DNA of 60,126 bases, filler included, from Dirinaria sp. TL-2023a (taxonomy: Eukaryota), in the NCBI GenBank assembly GCA_051941275.1. It is 2 parts of 2 records of this genome, joined end to end, with 100 filler letters (N's around TTAATTAATTAA, not from the genome) between each part and the next. Parts side by side here need not be neighbours in the genome. Positions count along the whole stretch, not along the records: positions 1 to 30,032 come from JAVEBF010000105.1; positions 30,133 to 60,126 come from JAVEBF010000106.1. One strand, given 5' to 3'. The notes beneath the pieces were generated by a model. That model was not told the DNA's origin. It did not search any database and saw only the letters and a list, made by a program, of their open reading frames with translations. The position numbers and the translations under genes are program-made. Shown in pieces: positions 25,838-38,205 of this stretch (the first letter of the stretch is position 1; every line of letters begins with the position of its first letter).

Positions 25838-28800
25838 ATGAGCTCTGCAGAGGTCGGCGAGAGACCCAGGAAGAAGAGGCGTTTCTTTGCGGAGGACCCG
25901 CCGGAGGAAGAAGCTCTTGGGACTTTGCCTCCCTTGGCCACCGACGCGTACCCGTATCGATTGCCCAAGCCAGATGGGAATACCCCGTCGACGAGAGATG
26001 TCGCAGAAGGAGAAGAGCGCAATGATACCAGTGGAGTGAACCACGGTACTGACTCGACTTCAAGCGATCATGATGGCTTCGATAAGCAGCTCTTTGCAAG
26101 CTTCGTTGGTCAAGATGTGTCAGACGACATTATACAGAGACTGCGGGAGGCTGCTGGAGGCAATATGGAGCGAGCTATCAATATGTTCTTAGATGGGTCT
26201 TGGAAAACACGAATAGTGGCTAAATCGCCGCTCCCGGCCGAGACTCACAATCGCATCACCGACGCCTTCAAAGTCGTACCATCAACTGGAGAGCGGTCCG
26301 AGCCAGTTCAAAACAAGGCCGCAACACCATCTCCGCGCCAAGCCACCGAAATCCTTGAATCCATGCCGCAGTGTCGATACCTGGGAGCATTTGGCGTTGG
26401 TGCATGGGCAACTCGCAGTGGGCCAAATCTACTTAAGCATGGTGAAGCCGTGAAGATAGAACGAACAAAGATTAGGCCGACTACCAAACTGGGCAGAGGC
26501 GGAAAACAGGTTCAGACGACTGCTGCGAAGATGAGAACAGATATAATCGTACGTTTTACCAATGCGAAAGGGGAAGAAGTCGGCCGATTACCCAAAGAGA
26601 CTTCTGCTTGGGTATCGCCTCTTATAGATCAGAAGGTTTGTCGATTTGATGGTATATGTGTCTTCGCGCCCGATAGAATTCGGGTCAATGATACAGTGTA
26701 TTTGCAGCTTCGATGCTCACTGCTGAGACAAGCCTTCGAAGCTGGAAGCTTTGTTAAGCCAGAAAACAACAATCGTACGACTGGTATTTTCGAGGAGAAA
26801 GAGACTTCGGAGGAAATGGAGCTGCGGTTGAGGCAAATTTCACTGGTCAAGTTGTTCGATGAGATTAATTTAGAGCCGATAACGGTAAACGACACTACTG
26901 CGAAGCACAAGCGTAAAGGTATACTACAAGCAGCAGAGATTGCAGAAAAATACGAGACGGATAAGGAAACCGAATCAAAGACAACACTGGACGGAACATC
27001 ATCGCCACCTTCTGAAGAGGAAGCAGAAGAGGGAAAGGAACTGGAACAAGATCAGCTGGACAGTCTGTATAAGAAGGCACAGTCATTCGACTTCGACACG
27101 CCTTGTATGGACCCTTCGGAAACTTTCATCATGGATCTCCGCAAATATCAAATGCAAGCGTTGCATTGGATGGTCAGCAAGGAGAAGGACGAAAGATCAG
27201 AAAAGCCTGAGCGTTCAATGCACCCTTTGTGGGAAGAGTATATATGGCCAACCGAGGACATGGATGATAAGCAACTTCCAACAGTCACTGGGCAGGAGAG
27301 TTTCTATGTCAATCCGTACTCCGGCGAGCTTTCGCTTGATTTCCCGGCGCAGGAACAGCACTGTTTAGGCGGCATTCTTGCAGACGGTTAGTCCCTTGAC
27401 TCACTCTTAGAGAACGCAGAGAGCTAATTTGACGTTACCAGAGATGGGTCTCGGCAAGACTATTGAGATGCTAAGCTTGATGCACACACACAGGTCTGAG
27501 CTGGCTTTGCAAGCAGCAGAAAATGCTCCGACCTCTGTCAACACTCTTCCGAGACTGCCAAAGAACGCGTCCTCGGTTGAGGCTGCACCATGCACAACCT
27601 TGGTTGTGGCCCCTATGTCATTGTTAGCGCAATGGGAGAGCGAGGCGATCAAAGCGTCCGAGCCAGGATCACTAAAGACCTTGGTTTACTATGGCACTGA
27701 GAAGGTTGCTAGTTTGCGAAATCTTTGCTGCGAGGCGAACGCCTCATCGGCGCCTAATCTAATAATTACTAGCTACGGGATTGTGCTCTCTGAGTTCAAT
27801 CAAGTTGTGAGCCGTGGAGGCGATCGCGGCTCTCATGGCGGTCTTTTCTCGCTCGAGTACTTCCGAGTTATTCTCGATGAAGCACACTTGATAAAGAACA
27901 GGCAGTCTAAGACAGCAAAAGCCTGCTACGAAATCAATGCCCAGCATCGTTGGGTGCTTACAGGTACGCCGCTAACGTACTCAACTGCTGCTTGCCGGTA
28001 AGAACTCACTGACATGCGCCAGGTACGCCAATCGTAAATCGCCTTGAGGATCTTTTCAGCCTTGTCCGCTTCCTGCGTGTGGAACCATGGTCGAACTTTT
28101 CGTTCTGGAAAACTTTCATCACTGTGCCTTTTGAATCGAAAGATTTCATCCGCGCGCTCGACGTCGTGCAGACGGTGCTCGAGCCTCTTGTGCTTCGGCG
28201 CACCAAGGACATGAAGACGCCAGACGGAACTGCACTCGTTCCTTTACCGCCAAGGACGATTCAGGTGGAAGAGCTTCAACTCTCAAAGCAAGAGCGCGAA
28301 GTTTATGACTACATCTTCACCCGTGCCAAGCGGACCTTCAACGCTACGATGGAAGCCGGAACGCTCTTGAAATCTTACACTACTATCTTCGCCCAGATCC
28401 TTCGCCTACGACAATCCTGCTGCCATCCTACTTTGACGTGCAACAAAGCCATCGCTGCAGAAGAAGAAGACGCTGCTGCTGCTGCAGACGTTGCTAACGG
28501 CTTGGCAGACGACATGGACCTCCAGGAACTGATAGAACGTTTCACGACCGACTCGAGCGAGCAAGACATAGCTAATAAGTACGGCGCTCATGTGTTGCAG
28601 CAGATTCAAGCAGAGACCAATAACGAATGTCCAATCTGTTCTGAAGAGCCTATGGTCGAACCCGCCGTGACTGGCTGCTGGCATAGCGCTTGCAAAAACT
28701 GCCTCCTTGACTATATCGAACATCAGAAGGACAAGCACACTCTTCCCTTGTGTTTCAATTGCAGAGAGCCGATCAACCAGCGCGATATCTTCGAGATTGT

Positions 28801-29469
28801 CCGCCACACCGATGATGACCATGACGAGCTATATTCTGATACGCTACCAAACAGCAGCTCAACGCCCCGGTTTTCACTTTCGCGCATCGGCAACGCCTCT
28901 TCCGCTAAGATTGCTGCTCTAACCACGCATCTGAAAGCTCTCCGCCACGATCACCCAACCGTCAAATCTGTGGTCTTCTCCCAATTTACTTCTTTCCTTG
29001 ATCTGATAGCCCCTGCCCTCACCCGTGCCTCGATCCCGACTCTCCGCTTTGACGGTGCCATGACCCAAAAGGCGCGTGCGGCTACCATCAACGAGTTCAC
29101 GAACCATAAAAAGGGCGTGGTATTACTGCTAAGTTTGAGAGCAGGGGGCGTGGGTTTGAACCTGACGGCTGCGAAAAGGGTCTTCATGATGGACCCCTGG
29201 TGGAGCTTTGCTGTTGAGGCGCAGGCAATCGATCGCGTGCATAGGATGGGGCAAGAGGAGGAGGTAAAGGTTGTAAGATTCATTGTGGAAGGGAGCATTG
29301 AAGGTAGGATGTTGAAAATTCAAGAGCGGAAGAAATTTATGTAAGTGTACTCTGTTTATGGAAGGTAGAGCATGCTGATACATAGCGTAGTGCGACTTCA
29401 CTCGGCATGATGAGCGAAGAAGAGAAGAAGATGCAGAGGATCGAGGATATCAAGGAGTTATTGAGCTGA
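25838..29469 (+). CDS. RAD5: DNA repair helicase / RING E3 ligase Rad5, 4 exons
   Basis: HIRAN region (IIVRFTN..GEEVGRLP); SNF2 motifs GGILADEMGLGKT, VILDEAH, LTGTPIVN, VFSQFT, SLRAGGVGLNLT and QAIDRVHRMGQ; RING CPIC...CWHSAC..C...CFNC. Confidence 0.96.
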
Positions 29470-30032
29470 AGAAGGTCGAGCCTGTTTCTGTGTCTTACCG
29501 CCCTTCCTGCCTCATTGCTGATAAACCACATTTGAAGGCATTAAATGGTCCGCTGCGAGCGAGCTTGCTAGGCAGCGCTTTTTGGAAGGCATATCGCACT
29601 CCTATTACCATACCATTACCAGACATACATAGATCAAAGTAGACGCATTTGATAGAGATCCACATTTGGGCTTTCAAATTCATCATTATTACAAAATAAA
29701 AGAATGCAAAACTTAAGGAATCGAGTTTCACTCAGCATTCCGCACATGCTAGGTCCTGCAGAGCATTCATTCTCCTGCCCTTCGAAATCTAGGCCTTCAG
29801 ACCTGAAGAGAACACAGAGTAAAGAGTAGGGTAATGAAACATCCAACCACGGCATGTTCAAAGCTAGCACCAATCGTCTCAAGTCCCGCATCAAATTCAT
29901 AGCAAATAGAAAACTAAAAATACACGAAGCCATAATCCCCATTCCCTTCCCCTTCCCAAAGGTATCCTTGGATATCCTCACCACCCCCACTGCAACCCAT
30001 CATCCCATCATGCTGCCTTCCCTTCCTTCCCC

Positions 30033-30132
30033 NNNNNNNNNNNNNNNNNNNNNNNNNNNNNNNNNNNNNNNNNNNNTTAATTAATTAANNNNNNNNNNNN
30101 NNNNNNNNNNNNNNNNNNNNNNNNNNNNNNNN
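30033..30132. other. Artificial assembly linker / contig join
   Basis: 44 N + TTAATTAATTAA (30077-30088, stops in all six frames) + 44 N = 100 bp. Confidence 0.95.
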
Positions 30133-30231
30133 CCTTGACTTGGTTTAGTTAGTCTTTTGGCGCTGCCGGGACTTTTACCATTGGGAAACCTATCTAACCA
30201 AGGTTGGGTCTTTGACATATTTGACATTTAC

Positions 30232-30735
30232 ATTGTCAAAGTAATGTTGAAAATGCTTCGAATTATCTGCTACATGTCTTGAATGATCAATATTACGCAT
30301 ATAGCGACTGCGCAGTTTGCTATCATGACGTTTTCGAAAGCGTTTCACTCATCGCTCTTCTATCGAGCGTTCTATGATCTCTCTAGCGAGATTTTCGATC
30401 GTTTGAATAACTGGATGCAGATTACGAGCTGAAAGCTTGTTAATATGCTCTATAAGAACCTCTTTTTGAGCGTTTGTGAGTAGCATATTGTTTCTAGACT
30501 GATCTTCGCTGCGAGAGACTGTCTTGTCTTCGAAGCGGCGCTACAGCGTGGATCTAACGACATTGTATTTTTTAGCAGTAGTAGCAAGATTTGGTATCTT
30601 CTGCGATTTCAAATCATCAATTGCTACTAAGATAGCTTTATTATTGGACATTGTAGAGCTTTGCAAAGCTGGGGAGAGCAAAATATTGGAAGTGCGCATT
30701 AGGTGTCGGTGCGCATAAGGTGTCGGATTACGTTA
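30232..30735 (-). mobile_element. Fot1/pogo-family (Tc1/mariner superfamily) DNA transposon 5' remnant with TIR and degenerate transposase N-terminus
   Basis: The minus strand reads TA|ACGTAATCCGACACCTTATGCGCACCGACACCTAATGCGCAC: TA target, ACGTAATC terminus and two 17-bp internal repeats (30692-30735). The frame 30651-30232 reads MSNNKAILVAIDDLKSQKIPNLATTAKKYNVVRSTL*RRF...LLTNAQKEVLIEHINKLS...ER*VKRFRKRH...NIDHSRHVADN, a psq/CENP-B-type HTH. It is not in the ORF track because of the stops. Confidence 0.88.
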
Positions 30736-31852
30736 TACCTTTTTATCTGTTAGGTACAAAGTTTTTCCTGATGCGAAGCATCCATGTCGATTGATGCTTC
30801 GGGAATAATATGAAACATGTAGATTCATTCTTCGTTTTAAAGGTAATGCCGTCCTAAGCACCCGCATAGACTGTTCCGCCAATTATTCAAATGAATATAA
30901 TAGCTCTTATGGCGACGAATTCTTCGATTTTGGACTTCGCATAAGTGACACGAACATAGAAGAAGAAGAAAAAGTCATGATCTCAAGCAAGATTCGACAC
31001 TGAAGAAGACTCGGCAATGGTCAGTGTTGTCGAGCACTAGCGAAACTAATAACACAGACAGTCTTGAGAATTGAATCAGCAGATATTTCCTAAATCATTT
31101 TTTCCAAGGGGAATCCATTCCTAGAGACTAGAGTGCGACAGTAGGGTAGACCATGTGGAAGAGCTATGGATGGTAGCCGAATGCTTGCTTCTAAGCGTGT
31201 CCGTATGACCATGGGTTCAAACAATCAAAACCATCCTACTTTCGTATACAACATGCTGTGGAGTACGGCACTTCCATTTTCCTTGTTGGAATTTCGCTTA
31301 TACCTAGCGTCTTGGCAAGTTTATGTATATTTAAAGGGCCAAATCTATCCTCATTGTCATCAAAAATCTCGATTTCCAACACTCCTGGTACGATTGTCTC
31401 GTCGTCTTTATGAGTTGCTCCTCTAAGACCTTGCTTAAAACCTTGTCAGCAAATCAGGACCGACAGTGAGGCTGATGTACCAGGCTAGCGTGTTGTGCAT
31501 CTTCTACTCGCGCACGATTTTATGACCGCCTATGCGGTTGGGTAGGGTGCTGTCGAGGAACAGGGTTTCGGAGCTCGAGGAAAAGTTAAAACGAATATTA
31601 TATTTCGGAAATAGCCTGATACTGCTGTCGGAAAGACTCCGCACAAAGTAGGGAAGATCGGGCCATCGTATAACATCGATGTCAGCTTCTTGATGGTAAA
31701 AGCGGTTTCCTTATGCCGGAAGACAATGGCTGCGTTCGAAAACAAACTCTTTCATACGCCTGCGACGTCCATGGACCAGAACTGAGCGGAAGACCATCCT
31801 CGGTCACTGTCTCCAACGTGTCTCCGCCGAATTCTTTTCAAGTTGTACAAAG

Positions 31853-32887
31853 TTATTCTCGCCCAGACACACGAATACGTCTCACTGGTGTCCCTTTCGA
31901 GAATAAAACTGGACTGTACAAGGAAAAAGGATTTCGACGGGTTCGAATACTGTGGACGAGACACTGAGTCGCCTGAACGTGCTGGTCAACTTCAAACTTG
32001 ATACTTCGCTCTTGCCAGATCCTTGGCTCCAGTGGAGAAGGTTTTTGAGGATGCCGAATTCCGTTCAAGTCCCGAATCTCAAGTTTGTAATCGTGCTCCG
32101 CTTGTCTCACAAATCTGATGTTTGAATATGTCTCCAAGGGTCGCTGCGGTCCGTGTCTTTCGAGAATCGGGAGGTCCCAAATTCCGCATACCTCACATAC
32201 CTTTTTGCAATTTCGACAGTCGTTTTCGTCACGGACTAACCGGTTACCACAGTGACAGCAAACCCCTCGAAACACCCATAGCCATTTATCTTGCTGGAAC
32301 TGTTGACCACGGTCATTCTTCACCTCGTCGGTCCCAGCTGTGTAGTCCAACATTTTGGGTACCCATCGCCAACAAAAACGTTCACCTGGATCACAAACCT
32401 CGAGCAAATAGAGACCTTCAACCCCATATCCGACGTTGCCATTGTGTGCTCCAAAATCTTCCCGCGAATGCGCTCTTTTGCAATACATGCAAGCCAATCG
32501 ATTGGGCAAGGACATGCCTCTGTCCACTAGATCTTGTTCTAAGAGGGAGAGAGCTTTCTATCTGGCGCATTGTGAGATCTGAGCTTCGTCTACTAAGTTG
32601 ATCCGTCGAAACTGACTGCTCGTATTCTTTAGACATAACAGTGAGACATCATCAAGTTCTTTCGCAATGCGCAGTATCAAATCTTCCGCAAGATGCGACA
32701 ATGAAGCATATGGAGGGAGAGCGTCTTGCGTTGTTGGTATAAAATCCTTCTCTTTGACTTGATTAGTCGATAGTAGGCGATTTTGTGATGTTTGAGATGC
32801 AGCGTCTGTGGGTGTTGCCCCGATTTTCTCTTTGCTCCGACCGAAAAGTTGTCGAATCCGATTGCTGAGTCTGGATAAGATCTCCAT
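31853..32887 (-). pseudogene. F-box protein with Cys-rich C-terminus, interrupted by one in-frame TAG
   Basis: F-box-like LSHLAEDLILRIAKELDDVSLLCLKNTSSQFR. ORFs 32558-33058 and 31853-32527 are in the same frame, separated by TAG at 32558-32560 (CAR*KALSLLEQD). Downstream CxxC pairs. Confidence 0.7.
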
Positions 32888-35640
32888 ATTATTCTGAAGC
32901 GGAAAGTGATTAATATTTCGATAATTATGGATGTATGCGAACGATTTTCGAAACGAATGTCCGCGACTAGAGTGTCCTTGAAGTAGCCGTTGAGGAACAA
33001 ATTTGTTGAAACGCCACCGGAGCGGGACGGAACGCGATGAACATGACCATTCAAACATATCCGTCTCTATAGGGGATTGAGTATGTACTCACCTCAGTAA
33101 GATGTATCCTTTTCAATATAGGTAGGTGACTCTAGTATTGGAGAATCGTATCATAAGAAACACAGAACCTCATTAACAAGGGTTTCTTTCTTCGGCTTCT
33201 ACAGCAGAAAGTCCATGGTCAAGTCTATCAATCTACTCGCGATAGCATACAATCAAAATTCACATTCTAAATGGTTGGAAAGCTGTGGAGACGAGGCTTG
33301 GACAAGGATCTCGTGAATCCGATCTGACCTTACGCAGGTTCTCCGATGCTAAACATCTTTAAGAAGCTAAGTTGCACAGAGAAAAGTCCTAAACCTGGAG
33401 CTGAAAGTGACGGATAGTCCCGAAACTGTTGTTATCTCCGAGACTCCCTTAGGCAAACAACTGGGTGAGGCTTGCCCTTGTTTTCAATCAGCACAAAGTT
33501 TGCTTAAACCTGAGTATTCGGCTCATTCGTAGGGCTGAATCACCCAAGCTAGTTGAGATTGGGGGGCAGTTCTTGTAGACTCGCATGGCTCAAGGTAAGG
33601 TTGCTAAAGTCATCCGATGGCGTTTTCATGAAGACTTGATGCATCGTCACTTCGTTAAACCAACTTTAGTCTTGCTAAAATGTGATAGGAAGAATGCATT
33701 AAGAAGCACAGGCAAAAGGGTTACAAAGACTATATAAATGTCAATGGTAAAGCATTGAACAGTATAATAATGAGCAAAGAGGTCTTTTAGAGAAGACATG
33801 TACGAGCTCTTTCACGAGCGACGCCGCGGCGCAGGGAACATCGACATGGGCAAGCTCTGTGCCCTATCCCTCTCTCCTCGTCTTTCCTCCCCCCTCTCTC
33901 AACCTTCCTCCTCATCCCCGGTTCGCGATCGCTCGTGCCGCCAAAACGCTCCGGGCCCCTTCCATCCACTCATCCGCCATTGTGCCACCACCCTCGCTGC
34001 CGTCACCACCGTCTTCGCCTCCCCCTTCAGCCATCCGTATAGTAATTCGAACCGGCTGAAAATCCAGCCGGCTCCTCCTTTTACCCAACCCAGCATCTGC
34101 TCGCCACCCATCATCAATCTCGCCCCTAGTGCACGCCTAAGTCCCCCCACCAACCCCCTACATCGGTCAACCACCCGTTCCACCCCCCCTCCTCCCTCCG
34201 CTCCCATTCCCTGGCCAGCGCCAGAGCGCGACGGCGCTATTTTGTTGCAGCGCCTCTCGGAGCCTGTGGCCTTGCCGATATTCTGGCTTCTTCGGCCAGA
34301 TGAGCCCACTTTATAGCTGCTTCTAGAGTCTCATCCTGGCTCGCTCGGACCAGCCCGATGAACCGACAACATGATAGGATGGTCGGCACAAAAACGATCA
34401 TTGCAAGCCCTAGAGATCGAGTATTTGTTTATCCTTTCATAAACCGTTGCGAAAATGAAACACTTGCGCAGCACAGTTGATGCTTAAGGATCTAGGCAGG
34501 GGAGATGGTCATAAGAGGTAAGTGATTCCTGGAGGTCCCGAAATTTGAGGCGATGCACGAACAAAGAGCTACTGAACCTACCAATCGCCCAGATGGACCC
34601 AAGACCTAATAGCGCCGTCCAGACATTCACATATGCCCCAGCTGGGGTTGTGTCTGGAGATGGCGTCGCCGAAGCAATAAGCGAAGAGACAGGAGAAGCA
34701 GAAGAGGTGATGGTGGCCATAGCTGTCCTGAATTATACTTGTTGCCGATGGAGAAGAGAGACTAGACTGCTCTTGATTGATCGACGTCTTCGAAGAGAAC
34801 AAAACTCTGGAACTGTAGAAGCAGCAAGGCTAATTCGAGACGAAAACCGGCCAATGTGACGAGCGATGCCAATAGGGCACGAGAAATGTTTCAGAAAAAA
34901 GAAGAGAGATCCGATCACCAACCGCAGGAGCTATTACATGATGGGAAGATTGTAGCCCGGGTTCAGCAAGGAAGAGACGTGGAAGGTGCCATTCAGACAG
35001 AGAAGAAAGGCACAAACCTACGGACCGCAGTCGCAGAAATGATTCGCGGAAGGGGCAAGAATTCTCATCATTTTTCATCCAGGCAGTAACGATGCTGATT
35101 GATCCCCGGCACATTCTTCATGATCGATGCAACAAGTCATAGTAAGCGTTGATGAATGCGCGCAGCCTCGACATGATCTTCAATGGGTGGCTTTAAGTGC
35201 GACACCCAGTAGTTACTATGCAAAGTACTACTTTGCAGGGTTGTAGATAGTCAGCTATAGAACAATTTTCGTCAAAGTAGCTCTCTGACTGAGGTTTAGT
35301 TGGATACGAGGCCGAAATTTTATTGCCAATATCTTCTGTCAGCCCTGTTGACGATACGAGCATTTATAGAAGAAGCTTCGATGACCGCTGAATGATTCAG
35401 TGAGAACGTTCTCAACAATTCAAGATATATAGCCCTTCTTTTGTAATTGTGTTTGACCATCTGTTCTGAATTTTCAATGTAAAGATGACATGTCAGCAAT
35501 TAGTCACATATATAGTATTAACGCAAAAATCTACCTTTGACCACTCTTTTCGAGCAGAGCTATCTATGATTGGATACCACAAGTTTCAGAATATAAATAC
35601 ATGAACTAAATTTCCGTGCTGGAACAAGTGCGTCAGATCT

Positions 35641-35711
35641 GCCGTGGGTTCTGCTGCACGTACACACACATGCTGTGTCGCGCGACGTGTGTGTGTGTGT
35701 GCAGCCACGGC
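35641..35711. repeat. Imperfect hairpin with (CA)n/(TG)n arms
   Basis: GCCGTGG..GCTGCAC..ACACACACA pairs with TGTGTGTGT-GCAGC-CACGGC. Central perfect palindrome GTCGCGCGAC at 35677-35686. Confidence 0.7.
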
Positions 35712-36066
35712 TCCGAAAGCGTGTCGATTTCTGAATCGTGTCTGTTCATATTATGGAGAACATAAAAACTTCGACAGAGATAAAAATTTAACGTGAAAAG
35801 AAGCTCCTCTCATCTAACTACTTACATCAGTCCGCAGATAGATAAAGTCCGACTATTGATAAACGATAACATAAGTGTAACATAATGCCTTCCAAACGCA
35901 CTAATCTACAAGAAAACCAACTAGCCTTACCTAACACCGCATTCGAGCGTACTAATATACAGATATCATGACCAATCCAGCCTACCTTCACCCCATGCTC
36001 ACTGAGCTTCCATACTACTCCTAAGACTCTGCCCCCCTCCCCCCTTCACCTCCTCCCCAAGTCATT

Positions 36067-38205
36067 CTACCAAAGCTTCACATAGCTCAAGAATCGTCGC
36101 CAGCCGGGCTGTCGGTAATACTCATCCAATTGCTGGATATCTTCCGTGGTGAGCTTTCTCCGGCCCGTCAAACAATCAGCCGTCTCTGGGTTGCGCCAGG
36201 GGGTCCGGAATACGAGCTTGTAAGCAATGGTTAACGAGACGATTAAGATGATACCGATGGTGTACTGGAAAAAGTTTGACGCCGTGGTGCCGGACTTGCC
36301 CTATTCGTGTCCCTACGTCAGTTGATAAAACAAAGGAGATAATTGTTCAGCATTGGTCAAGACCGAGGAACCCGTAGTGAGCCGCAATAAGAGGTATGTG
36401 GTTCATAAGCATTCGGGACTCACCGGAGGCTTGGCGCCCACGTAGATGCAGGAAACCAAGAGAAGCGTGGATATAGTCATGAGCCATGCAGGCGCAAGAG
36501 GCCAATAACTAGACTTCCAAGCATACAGATTCGAAAACAGCTTGTCGTTTTGCGCCGCAAGAACCTTGTGGAAACGCCAAGAAGTGAACGCAACGATCAT
36601 CCAGTTGACAAAGAACGAGGCACTCGTAATCGAGACGAACCACGACAGTGCAGTCGTGCCACCGGCTGAAGCGCAGTGTCAGTGCTACCAAACTCCACAG
36701 GGTTTTGAGGCTGGCGAGAAGATATTGGGCTACTCACCAGACAAATTGATATATGTCAGAACAATCGCCGTGAAGCAAGTTACAAGCAGTGACCGTACCG
36801 GCCGTCCTCTACGATCGACCTGCGCGACCCATTGCGGAACAAGCTTTTGGTTGCCCATGGTCCTCAGAATCCTGGAAGCCAGATAGATCGATTCCGCGGA
36901 AATTGCGAGAATACCGCACATGATGCCGGCATTCAAGATGCTGGATACGTAGGGAATGCTGACCGACTGGATGGATAAGACGAAAGGGGAAGCCGTTACT
37001 CCGGAGCCGCCTAGTAATTGGTCGTTGTTCGAAGGGATGAGTACGGTAATGAAAATGACGCATGTCATGTAAACAAAGATCACTCGATAAGGAACGAGTT
37101 TGGTGGCATGGCCCATCGAAAAACGAGGGTTCTGAGCTTCTCCGCCCATGATTCCGATGAAGATCTGGTCGCCGACTGCCCAAGTCGCGAGTAGGGCTGA
37201 GTTCGCAAAGCCCTTGGAAAGGTCAGCTGCAGGTCGTCGAGCGCAAGTCGGGGCATATCTACGTACTGAAAATCCATTTTTAAAGGCTGGAAAGTCCCTC
37301 CAAGTCGATCCATCATGCACATAGCCCTTTGGCCCTGCGCCGCAAACAATAGCGAGAGAGAGGAGAATGATGAGCATAAAGATGATGATCTTAATCAAGG
37401 AGGTGAAATACTCGAACCACGCAAAAACCGTGTTGGGCATAGTGAACAGAGTACATGTTGTGACCAGAAATATAGTGACTTTTCCCATCGTCAGCATTTC
37501 TTTGACTTCAAGGAACGTCCGCTGGACGAGGAAGTGGCTGCAGGAGTCCAGCCAGACCTCCACCATCGATGCTCAGAACTCGCAAACTTACGAGAAGCAG
37601 CCTTAGGAAAATCTCCATTTGCCCAGAACTGGATGAGAATGTTGAAAAAGGCCGCTTCGGATGCAACTATAGAAGTCCAACCTTGATCAAAGTTAATTAC
37701 AAACCATGGATAGTACGGACGGGCTTCTTACCCAGCCATTCGGCAAAGCCAGCGCCAAATGCCAATGCGGGATCAACCCATCGGTCTGCATAGTCGATAT
37801 AGTTACCAGAGGTTGGAAAGGCAATGGTCATTTCGGAGAGAGACTGCAGAACAGCCCAGACGCATGTGCAGACCAGGAAGTAAGCAATGACCATGTTGCC
37901 TGGACCACCAGACGCTAATGCGGCACCAGTTCCAATAAACAGCCCTGAGCCTATGTTGGAACCAAGTGAGATAATCTGTCATTGACCCTGTCAGTAGGCA
38001 GTCGTACTTGGGAAAAGCGGCCTCATTCATCGCATACGTGGACTTGATGTGGGGTGAAGGAGCGATGGAACTGTCCATTCGTCGTGTCTACCATTTCGAT
38101 CACATCTCCTATGCTAGCACTTCTAATAGCGTTGAGATCGAGCTCCCCTTTCTCGCCATCTTTGGACACGCTGGTGTCGGAACCGGCGAACTGTTTCTCT
38201 GCCAT
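36067..38205 (-). CDS. Amino acid permease (APC superfamily, YAT family), multi-exon
   Basis: FHRSFTPHQVHIISLGSNIGSGLFIGTG...GGPG, LSEMTIAFPTSGNYIDYADRWVDPALAFGAG, GEAQNPR, ASPFV, VDRRGRP. Last exon ends RFLSYVKLW* at 36067. Confidence 0.92.

Noticed and set aside
16808..29469. Transporter, DUF4112-like, DCP2 and RAD5 as a functional cluster
   Set aside because: Unrelated housekeeping functions; ordinary core-genome neighbourhood.
29634..30032. ORFs 29634-29990 (-) and 29854-30084 (+)
   Set aside because: Low-complexity sequence running into the assembly gap.
33798..35089. Pro-rich ORF 33798-34316 and ORFs 34545-35089
   Set aside because: Explained by C-rich low complexity; the downstream pieces may be a decayed gene, but no motif was recognised.
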